A stretch of DNA of 59,853 bases, counting the filler. It is 8 parts of 8 records of this genome, joined end to end, with 100 filler letters (N's around TTAATTAATTAA, not from the genome) between each part and the next. Parts side by side here need not be neighbours in the genome. Positions count along the whole stretch, not along the records: positions 21,976 to 32,928 come from SRR31156797_26933; positions 33,029 to 38,459 come from SRR31156797_26966; positions 38,560 to 44,129 come from SRR31156797_26974; 5 more parts are not named here. One strand, written 5' to 3'. The translations under genes were made by a program, and so were the position numbers. Under the pieces are notes generated by a model. That model made no database searches. It saw nothing but the letters and a program-made list of their open reading frames with translations, and had not been told where the DNA came from. Below are positions 31,591-38,927 of this stretch, piece after piece (positions within the stretch are counted from its first letter, which is position 1; the number at the start of each line of letters is the position of its first letter).

Positions 31591-31695
31591 GTCGGCGTGT
31601 CTGTTGTTGCGTATGGGTACCCGATAGATGGGGCGGATGCCCGTTTCATGGAAGAGCGGGTCTCATCATCCCCAAAAAAACGGGCTTCGCGCGAA

Positions 31696-32316
31696 CTACG
31701 CAACCGCTGCCAGACGTTCGGAAGCGGCGGTGAACTCCGCTTCCAACTGATCGTATTCGGTCACCATCGGATATTGGGGAAATTCACGAACGACGTTTTC
31801 CGGCGACCGGAAAAGAATTCCGGCATCGGCCGCTGCCAGCATGGTCGTATCATTATAGGAATCGCCTGCCGCCATGACCGAGAAGTTCAATCCCTTGAAG
31901 GCTTCGACCGACTGACGTTTTTGATCGGGCATGCGAAGCCGATAGTTGACGACGCGTCCCGACGCATCGACGTCGAGTCGGTGGCAAAACAGCGTTGGCC
32001 AGCCGAGTTGCCGCATCAACGGTTTGGCGAAATCGTAGAAGGTGTCCGAAAGGATGACGACCTGAAACCGTTCGCGCAGCCGATCCAGGAATTCACGGGC
32101 CCCTTCCATCGGGCCCATGCCGCCGATAACCTCCTGGATATCGGGCAGTTTGAGCCCGTGTTCGTCCAGGATCTTCAAGCGCTGTGTCATCAGCACATTG
32201 TAGTCGGGAATGTCGCGGGTGGTTGCCCTGAGCGCTTCGATGCCGGTCCGTTCGGCAAAATTGATCCAAACTTCGGGAACCAGGACCCCCTCAAGGTCGA
32301 GGCAGACGATTTGCAA
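31696..32316 (-). CDS. thrH: Phosphoserine phosphatase/homoserine phosphotransferase
   Basis: CLDLEGVLVPEVW, TTRDIPDY, LSDTFY, AGDSYNDTTML. TTG start after GAGGAGG. Confidence 0.93.
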   Translation of the reverse strand: MQIVCLDLEGVLVPEVWINFAERTGIEALRATTRDIPDYNVLMTQRLKILDEHGLKLPDIQEVIGGMGPMEGAREFLDRLRERFQVVILSDTFYDFAKPLMRQLGWPTLFCHRLDVDASGRVVNYRLRMPDQKRQSVEAFKGLNFSVMAAGDSYNDTTMLAAADAGILFRSPENVVREFPQYPMVTEYDQLEAEFTAASERLAAVA

Positions 32317-32570
32317 GGCTGATACCTCCTCGTTGTCTTGTTGTTGGGGATATAGCAGGCGAAGGGTGATTGCGGCAAACGGGAATATCCGGCGAATCCA
32401 TCGATTGTGCGGTTGGACGTCGTGAATTGATCGATAAATGAAGGTGGTCTCGGTTTCTGCTATGTTGGATGCCGTCCAAAGAAAGAGCCAACGATACAAC
32501 TGAAAAACAGTTGCTCAGATGTTCGGCGGCCATGCTGAGTTGCCGACCTGCTTGGGAGGGAAGGGGCGCA

Positions 32571-32928
32571 ATGCCCATTGTTACGACACTGGAGCCATCT
32601 GTTCACGGTACGGAAACAGGAGGCCGTCACGATTGGATCGAAATATCCGCGGCGGTTGCCCGTTATGATCGGGCTGACGATATCGAAAAGGAAAAGATCC
32701 TCGACCACATTACGGACGATGACGAATTTGATCCAAAAGCTGTTTTGTTGTTCCTGAACTCTGGACGTCCCGAGGCGCAGCCCGGAACAGAACCCAATCT
32801 CTTGTTGTCCGCCTATTGTTTGTTCGTGCAGGATCGGGTGCCCGAAGCTCTTGCGATCTGTTCCGGAATTTTGAATGCCGGCATAGAAAGGTCATTTCTG
32901 CTTGATGTTGTTACCCGCTGTCTGGTGG
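32571..32928 (+). CDS. Hypothetical protein (3'-truncated)
   Basis: Open frame after a GGAGG-like RBS, running into the linker. No recognised motif. Confidence 0.4.
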
Positions 32929-33028
32929 NNNNNNNNNNNNNNNNNNNNNNNNNNNNNNNNNNNNNNNNNNNNTTAATTAATTAANNNNNNNNNNNNNNNN
33001 NNNNNNNNNNNNNNNNNNNNNNNNNNNN
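32929..33028. other. Artificial contig linker
   Basis: N44-TTAATTAATTAA-N44. Confidence 0.98.
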
Positions 33029-33071
33029 AGCCCGCAATCGCCTACTTTGCATATACTTCCCGTTGGGGTTA
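33029..33071 (+). repeat. 3' end of an attC-like recombination site (R' core GTTGGGGTTA), truncated by contig edge
   Basis: GTTGGGGTTA (33062-33071) is the exact reverse complement of TAACCCCAAC (33982-33991) at the far end of the Rpn gene. Confidence 0.6.
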
Positions 33072-33141
33072 ATGAGGACTTACATCTCCAGAAATTCTAT
33101 TAAATCAAGAAAAATAGTATTTTTGAAAAAATGTTTTTAAG

Positions 33142-33984
33142 ATGGAAGAGTTAAAAGAAAGATATATCAATCCGTTTACTGACTTTGGTTTCAAAAGACT
33201 ATTTGGTGAAGAACCTAATAAGGATTTGTTGATTGATTTTCTAAATGAAATACTAAAACACCAACAAGGTCGAATTGTTGATTTGACTTACTTAAAGACT
33301 GAGCAATTAGGAAAAACAGATATTGATAGAAAGGCAATATTTGACTTGTATTGTGAAAATGAAAAAGGAGAGAAATTTATTGTTGAAATGCAGAAGAGCA
33401 AGCAAAACTTCTTTAAAGATAGAAGCGTATATTATTCAACATTTCCAATTCAAGAGCAAGCTCAGAAATCAGATTGGAATTATGAATTAAAAGCAGTTTA
33501 TACAATTGGAATATTAGATTTTGTGTTTGATTCAGACAAAAATGATTCAAACAAATTTCGATATGATGTAAGACTTCAAGATATTGAGACTAATAAAACG
33601 TTCTACGATAAATTGACTTTTATATACTTTGAAATGCCAAAATTCAATAAGTCAATAGATGAATTGGAGAGTCATTTCGACAAATGGTTATATGTTCTTA
33701 AAAATCTTCATAAACTAGACCGATTACCAGAAAAGTTGAAAGAACAGGTTTTCGAGAAAGTATTTGAAGTTGCTGAGATTGCGAAGTTTTCTCGTGAGGA
33801 ATACATGTCATATGAGGACAGTTTAAAGTATTATCGAGATATTAAAAATTCATTAGATACTGCAAAACTAGAAGCCAAAGAAGAAGTTGTGTTGAATTCA
33901 ATAAAAATGGGGTTAGATTCGGAAACAATTTCAAAAATCACAGGGTTATCTATTGAACAGGTTGAAAGAATAAGAAATTACTAA
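33142..33984 (+). CDS. Rpn family PD-(D/E)XK nuclease (recombination-promoting nuclease/putative transposase)
   Basis: YINPFTDFGFKRLFG, IFDLYC...FIVEMQ, DRSVYY, FEMPKF, C-terminal ISKITGLSIEQV. Confidence 0.92.
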   Translation: MEELKERYINPFTDFGFKRLFGEEPNKDLLIDFLNEILKHQQGRIVDLTYLKTEQLGKTDIDRKAIFDLYCENEKGEKFIVEMQKSKQNFFKDRSVYYSTFPIQEQAQKSDWNYELKAVYTIGILDFVFDSDKNDSNKFRYDVRLQDIETNKTFYDKLTFIYFEMPKFNKSIDELESHFDKWLYVLKNLHKLDRLPEKLKEQVFEKVFEVAEIAKFSREEYMSYEDSLKYYRDIKNSLDTAKLEAKEEVVLNSIKMGLDSETISKITGLSIEQVERIRNY

Positions 33985-34118
33985 CCCCAACAAGCCATTA
34001 TAATGAATTGCGCGTGAGGCTGTTCTACGTTGTGAAATTAAGATGTTAAGCAAATCCAATTAACTTTGTGGGGATTCGGAAAAAGCGCAACTCATCATAT
34101 GGCCGATCCGTTAGCTAC
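33982..34118 (+). repeat. attC-like site (integron-cassette-type hairpin)
   Basis: CCCCAAC directly after the stop codon. Arms GCCATTATAATGAATTGCGC (33994-34013) and GCGCAACTCATCATATGGC (34085-34103) pair with one extra base and two mismatches that become G-T pairs on the bottom strand. Ends in GTTAGCT (34110-34116). Confidence 0.65.
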
Positions 34119-34139
34119 AATCACCCCTATTATTCAGGA

Positions 34140-34375
34140 ACACTTGAGTTTCTAAGCTAACGGGCGTACCTTCACCGTTAGAGCTCCTAGACAAGGCCGG
34201 TTTTTGCAATGGTGTTTAAAGTAACCCGAGCGCAATCAAGGTTAAAATGTAAAAGACATATGTGATCATTTATTTATATGTCTTGGGTTTGAGTTTAATG
34301 GTGTTGCAGTATGTATTTATTGTAAACCCGATCGGAATAATATCAAAGCGTAAGAATACATTTCATGGAGCTTTC
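34140..34375 (+). ncRNA. Candidate IS110 bridge RNA (boundaries approximate)
   Basis: Lies downstream of the junction -10 box. Stems CTAACGG/CCGTTAG, AAGACATAT/ATATGTCTT and AGCTCC/GGAGCT. Duplicated module AATGGTGTT...AACCCGA-N4-AAT whose second copy (TCGGAAT) matches the circle junction. Confidence 0.6.
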
Positions 34376-34397
34376 AAAATTATTTAAATGAGAGGTT

Positions 34398-35753
34398 ATG
34401 AAAAAGAAATGCATGAGTTTAGAGGTTGTAAATCCTAATGCCGCAGGTATTGATATTGGTAGTAAAAGTCATTGGGTTGCAGTAGGGCAAGATTCACAGG
34501 ATGTAAAAGAGTTTGGAGTCTACAGTGAGGATCATCAGGCCTTATGCGAGTATTTGCAAGAGAATCAAGTAACCACAATCGCAATGGAAAGCACCGGAAC
34601 CTATTGGCAAAATCTGTTTTCTTCGTTAGTAGGTTATGGTTTCGATGTTATACTTGTAAATGGCAGACAAACCAAGAATGTTCAAGGTAAGAAGACAGAT
34701 ATTAAAGATTGTCAATGGATCCAAAAACTACACAGTTTAGGATTATTAAGTAAAAGCTTTCTTCCGGATAGTACGACAGACGTTATTCGTACTTATTCAA
34801 GACATCGCCAAAATTTACTTAAACAATCTTCCAGAACAGTATTAAAAGTGCAAAAATATTTACGCTTAATGAATCTACGTTTAGATGTTGTAGTTAAGGA
34901 TGTTGTCGGATTAACAGGGACTAAGATCATAAATGACTTTTTAGGTGGGGAAAGATCAGGAAAGGTCTTGGCTCAGAATAGGCATTATAACTGTCGCAAA
35001 AGTGAAGAAGAAATATCAAAAGCACTTCAGTATAATGGACGAGAAGATTACTTATTTGCATTAAAACATGAATGGCGTACCTACTTGCATTTACAACAAC
35101 AAATAAAAGAAGTAGACACAGAGATAAAAACACTTTTAGAAGATATAATTGATAAGGATGATAATAAGAAACAGCATGTTACTGAAGAAAAGAGTCATAA
35201 AAGAAAAAACAAGAATACGATACATGGCGCAGATATGAACCAATTGGCCTATAAGTATTTTGAAGGGATTGATTTAATGGCAATAGAAGGAGTAAATGAT
35301 GCCACTATAATGGCAATTATCAGTGAGGTAGGGTTAGAGGGAATTCGAAAATTTAGTTCAGCAAAACAGTTTTCCTCCTGGCTTCGCTTAGCTCCCAATA
35401 ATAAAATTAGTGGAGGCAGAGTTTTGAGTCAACATTTGCCCAAGGGAAGTAGTCGTTTAAAAATTGCTTTACGAAATGCAGCCAATGCCATTGGAAACTT
35501 AAAAGAAGGCTATTTAGCCGAATTCTTTCATAAACTAAACTATAAAAAAGGTCGAGCAACAGCAGTAAGTGCAACAGCCAGAAAACTATCCGTTATCATA
35601 TGGAATATGTTAGTAAAGGGCGTTGCCTATAATCCTCCAGTTCAATATTTATACCTAGATCAGAAAAGAAAAATGGGTTTAGTTCATAGAATAAAAAAAC
35701 AAATGAATAAATTTGACATCAACCCAGAAGATTTAGGTTTTTCAAATGCTTGA
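34398..35753 (+). CDS. IS110 family transposase/recombinase (DEDD RuvC-like + Tnp20 domain)
   Basis: AAGIDIGS, AMESTGTYW, KKTDIKDC (DEDD); IEGVN...FSSAKQFSSWLRLAP...ISGG; ATARKL. Confidence 0.95.
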   Translation: MKKKCMSLEVVNPNAAGIDIGSKSHWVAVGQDSQDVKEFGVYSEDHQALCEYLQENQVTTIAMESTGTYWQNLFSSLVGYGFDVILVNGRQTKNVQGKKTDIKDCQWIQKLHSLGLLSKSFLPDSTTDVIRTYSRHRQNLLKQSSRTVLKVQKYLRLMNLRLDVVVKDVVGLTGTKIINDFLGGERSGKVLAQNRHYNCRKSEEEISKALQYNGREDYLFALKHEWRTYLHLQQQIKEVDTEIKTLLEDIIDKDDNKKQHVTEEKSHKRKNKNTIHGADMNQLAYKYFEGIDLMAIEGVNDATIMAIISEVGLEGIRKFSSAKQFSSWLRLAPNNKISGGRVLSQHLPKGSSRLKIALRNAANAIGNLKEGYLAEFFHKLNYKKGRATAVSATARKLSVIIWNMLVKGVAYNPPVQYLYLDQKRKMGLVHRIKKQMNKFDINPEDLGFSNA

Positions 35754-35940
35754 TAATCTGAATTATGGGTTTGACGTTAGTCGGAAGGCAAGATGAGCAG
35801 CTTGGTTAATATAAGATGAATTACAATTTGAAAAATAGGATTGAAAATATAGGCTTATTGATTGAAGGTTGGTGCAAGAAAAAAATAGTTTTTGCCACCG
35901 CGCTTCTGCCCTTCGGGACAGTTGGGGTAGCCAACTCACA

Positions 35941-36001
35941 TTGCACACATTTGCAAATCGCATCAGCTGACACACAAACCGAAATTTGCAAAAGAGTGCA
36001 A
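35941..36001. repeat. Imperfect inverted repeat upstream of the phosphoesterase gene
   Basis: TTGCACACATTTGCAAAT ... ATTTGCAAAAGAGTGCAA, 16/18 complementary. Confidence 0.6.
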
Positions 36002-36030
36002 TCTTTGCCGACGCTCAAAAAACTGCATAC

Positions 36031-36690
36031 ATGAAACGACTCTTTGCTATTGGTGATATTCATGGTTGTTTTGATTCATTTAAAGAATTAGTTGAAACTC
36101 AAATTCAGCTTTCAAAAGATGATAAGCTTATTCTATTAGGCGACTATATTGACAGAGGCAATAAAAGTAAAGAGGTTATTGATTATATTATTGACCTTCA
36201 AGAAAAAGGATTTGATATTATTACTCTTCTTGGGAATCACGAGATGCTACTTTTAGAAACTCTTGAGGATGAAAAGAACAAATCTAAATGGATTCAAAAT
36301 GGTGGAACCGAAACACTAAAAAGCTTTAAGATTGAATCAGTTAACGATATTCCCCCCGAATATTTAGAATTCTTTAAAAATCTGCAGAACTATTATTCAT
36401 TCGAAGAATTCTTGTTTGTTCATGCAGGATTTAATGATAAAGTAGTTAATCCATTTCAGGATACCTATTCGATGATTTGGAAAAGTCAAGCTACGTATTC
36501 TAATCCAATACTTGCAGATAAAAATATTATTCACGGACATAGACCAATTACTACAGAACGTTGTATGAAACAACTTGGTGAAAATAAGCAAGTAATAAAC
36601 ATTGATACTGGTTGTGTTTATAAGGAAAAGGTTGGTTATGGAAAGTTAACTGCAATTGAATTGTATTCAAAAATGCTATTCTACGTATAA
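36031..36690 (+). CDS. Metallophosphoesterase (Ser/Thr protein phosphatase, PphA/ApaH-like)
   Basis: IGDIHG, LGDYIDRG, LGNHE, FVHAG, HGH, NIDTG. Confidence 0.92.
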   Translation: MKRLFAIGDIHGCFDSFKELVETQIQLSKDDKLILLGDYIDRGNKSKEVIDYIIDLQEKGFDIITLLGNHEMLLLETLEDEKNKSKWIQNGGTETLKSFKIESVNDIPPEYLEFFKNLQNYYSFEEFLFVHAGFNDKVVNPFQDTYSMIWKSQATYSNPILADKNIIHGHRPITTERCMKQLGENKQVINIDTGCVYKEKVGYGKLTAIELYSKMLFYV

Positions 36691-36695
36691 TTTTA

Positions 36696-36731
36696 TATAT
36701 TTGATTATTCTTAATTCGCGAATCGCGAATT
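36696..36731 (+). promoter_or_regulatory. Bacteroidota -7 promoter box plus palindromic operator
   Basis: TATATTTG (TAnnTTTG, 36696-36703) followed by the perfect inverted repeat AATTCGCGA-A-TCGCGAATT (36713-36731), 13 nt before the ATG. Confidence 0.65.
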
Positions 36732-36744
36732 GAAAACAAAAGAT

Positions 36745-37266
36745 ATGAAAAAGCATAATGGGATGCGCCCCCAAGACATAGTTGTTTTACTAAAAATCAT
36801 AGCCTTAAAGCATGATGATTGGTATAACTCTGATTTAGCACAATCATTAAAAATCAGTCCATCTGAAATATCCGAAGTATTGAATAGGTGTAAAATTGCA
36901 GGCTTAATAGATTCAAAAAAACGTAAGGTTAATATTAATTCCTTTATGGAATTTTTAATCTACGGTTTAAAATATGTGTTCCCTACTCAGCCAGGTGCTA
37001 TAGTAAAAGGAATTCCTACAGCGCATTCGGCATCACCGATTAAGGAGCATATTTCAAGTGGTTCAGATATTTATGTTTGGTCAAGTGCCAAAGGAACTCA
37101 ACGTGGACAATCAATAGAACCTCTTTTTAAATCAATTCCTCAGATTGTACAAGATGACATATTATTCTATGAGTTACTGGCTATTGTTGACACAATACGG
37201 GTTGGACGAGTTAGAGAAATAAACATAGCTAAAACAGAACTGGAAAAACGATTAAAGCATGCTTAG
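36745..37266 (+). CDS. Winged-HTH protein, putative AbiEi-like antitoxin
   Basis: MRPQDIVVLLK...DLAQSLKISPSEISEVLNRC..AGLI (HTH). Stop overlaps the nucleotidyltransferase start. Confidence 0.65.
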   Translation: MKKHNGMRPQDIVVLLKIIALKHDDWYNSDLAQSLKISPSEISEVLNRCKIAGLIDSKKRKVNINSFMEFLIYGLKYVFPTQPGAIVKGIPTAHSASPIKEHISSGSDIYVWSSAKGTQRGQSIEPLFKSIPQIVQDDILFYELLAIVDTIRVGRVREINIAKTELEKRLKHA

Positions 37267-37951
37267 TACAAATATTGAAATGCTACAGACAGTAGCAAAC
37301 GGGTTAGGAGTTTTAAAAGATGATATGGTATTTGTTGGCGGTGCAGTAGCTGAATTGTATGCGAGTAATCCTGAATTATCTGATATAAGACCAACGCTTG
37401 ATGTGGATTGCGTTATTGAATTGCGTTCAAAAACAGCACATGTCAAATTAGAAGAAGACTTAAGAGCTTTAGGGTTTGCTAATGACACCTCAAAAGGAGC
37501 TCCTATTTGCAGGTGGATTTATCAGGATATTATGGTAGATGTAATGCCTTCTGATTCTGATATATTGGGATTTAGCAATAAGTGGTATGATGAAGGAATT
37601 GAAAAGAAGATTTCAAAAACTCTTCCAAATGGAACTGAGGTATTCGTATTTACACCAGAATATTATTTAGCAGCAAAGTTTGAAGCTCATAAAGGGCGTG
37701 GTGGAAATGATTTAAGGCAAAGCCACGATTTTGAGGATATCATTTTCATACTAGATAATTGTTCCGAAATTCTGGATAATATTTCAAACGCAAATGAGTC
37801 TGTGAAAACATATTTAAAAGAGGAATGTAGTAATTTATTGAAAAATGATGGAATAACAGAAGGAATTGAAAGTGCTTTGACCTATGGTTCAGAAGAAGAA
37901 GCTACTGAAATAATTATTGAATTAATCCAAAGTATAGCTGATATTGAATAA
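37259..37951 (+). CDS. Putative nucleotidyltransferase toxin, AbiEii-like
   Basis: VFVGGAV...RPTLDVD...VDVMP...KFEA...R...SHDFEDI, the Pol-beta-like NTase motif order of AbiEii/MenT-type proteins. Confidence 0.7.
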   Translation: MLSTNIEMLQTVANGLGVLKDDMVFVGGAVAELYASNPELSDIRPTLDVDCVIELRSKTAHVKLEEDLRALGFANDTSKGAPICRWIYQDIMVDVMPSDSDILGFSNKWYDEGIEKKISKTLPNGTEVFVFTPEYYLAAKFEAHKGRGGNDLRQSHDFEDIIFILDNCSEILDNISNANESVKTYLKEECSNLLKNDGITEGIESALTYGSEEEATEIIIELIQSIADIE

Positions 37952-38445
37952 TGAATAAAGGTAAACAAACATATAAATTACCTAAGGGGTGGATATTTGT
38001 TACGCTTGAAGATGTGTCAAAACAAATTACTGATGGTTCTCATAACCCTCCTAAATCAGTAGATTCAGGCATACCTATGCTAAGTGCACGAAATATTGAA
38101 GATAGTAATATTGCTTTTGATGATGTGCGCTATTTAACAACTGAAGATTTTGCTTATGAAAATCAAAGGACGAAAATTGAACATGGAGATGTATTACTTA
38201 CAATAGTAGCAACAATAGGTCGCACAGCTGTTGTATCAAAGAATATTAATCCAAAATTTGCATTGCAAAGAAGTGTTGCTGTCATTAAACCATTAATAAA
38301 CAGTGAGTTTTTAATGTATTGCTTCCAATCTCCACGATTTCAGAAAAAACTAATAGAGAATGCAAAAGGCACAGCTCAAAAAGGAGTTTATCTAAAAACA
38401 CTGCGGAACCTCGAAATTCCAATTGCGCCCAAACCCTTTGGTTAA
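37951..38445 (+). CDS. hsdS: Type I restriction-modification specificity subunit, N-terminal TRD only (truncated near contig end)
   Basis: LPKGWIFVTLEDV, ITDGSHNPP, GDVLLTIVATIGR, GTAQKGV.LK.L..LEIPIAP. Confidence 0.85.
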   Translation: MNKGKQTYKLPKGWIFVTLEDVSKQITDGSHNPPKSVDSGIPMLSARNIEDSNIAFDDVRYLTTEDFAYENQRTKIEHGDVLLTIVATIGRTAVVSKNINPKFALQRSVAVIKPLINSEFLMYCFQSPRFQKKLIENAKGTAQKGVYLKTLRNLEIPIAPKPFG

Positions 38446-38459
38446 TCGGGTGCCCTTTG

Positions 38460-38559
38460 NNNNNNNNNNNNNNNNNNNNNNNNNNNNNNNNNNNNNNNNN
38501 NNNTTAATTAATTAANNNNNNNNNNNNNNNNNNNNNNNNNNNNNNNNNNNNNNNNNNNN
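38460..38559. other. Artificial contig linker
   Basis: N44-TTAATTAATTAA-N44. Confidence 0.98.
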
Positions 38560-38814
38560 CGTATGCTCTTTTAAATCGTTGATGACGATTTTCTCGAGTT
38601 CGCCCCCCAGGCTTGTGATGATGGAAGCCATCAGGTCATGGGTAAGCGGTCGGGGTGTTGCAAGCCCCTTCAAACGTCGGTCGATAGCGAGTGCTTCATG
38701 GATCCCGATCAGGATCGGAAAGCTTCGTTCGCCATCGTTTTCCTTCAGGATGATGACCTGGGAATCACCCGTTTCCATGATAATGATTCGAGCCAGATCC
38801 ATCCGAACGAGCAT
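38560..38814 (-). CDS. Bifunctional nuclease family (DUF151) protein, 3'-truncated
   Basis: VIILKE..GERSFPILIGIHEA.AI...PRPLTHDL. Confidence 0.88.
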
Positions 38815-38927
38815 GATTAGCCCTTCCTGTAAACCAGATAAAAACAGTACCGGTCACGCTTCTGGCTGTCAAGCAAACAGCTGGAAAACGCAGTTTTCGA
38901 CCCGGAAAAGCGGGTCTTTTATGTAGT

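Larger units (their letters stand above)
34121..35786 (+). mobile_element. IS110-family insertion sequence (about 1.67 kb, AA core, no terminal inverted repeats)
   Basis: Both junctions read CGTTAG-N4-AA (34109-34120 and 35775-35786). Joining the right end to the left end through one AA creates TTGACG-N17-TATTAT. Contains an IS110 recombinase and a 277-nt non-coding left end. Confidence 0.85.

Noticed and set aside
33982-34400. Possible CRISPR array or group II intron in the non-coding region before the IS110 gene
   Set aside because: There are no equal-length direct repeats with spacers and no reverse transcriptase or intron termini. The structure is better explained by an attC-like site plus the IS110 left end.
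35816-36034. 72-aa ORF between IS110 and the phosphoesterase
   Set aside because: It has no recognisable domain and runs through an inverted-repeat region, so it is more likely non-coding, although not excluded.
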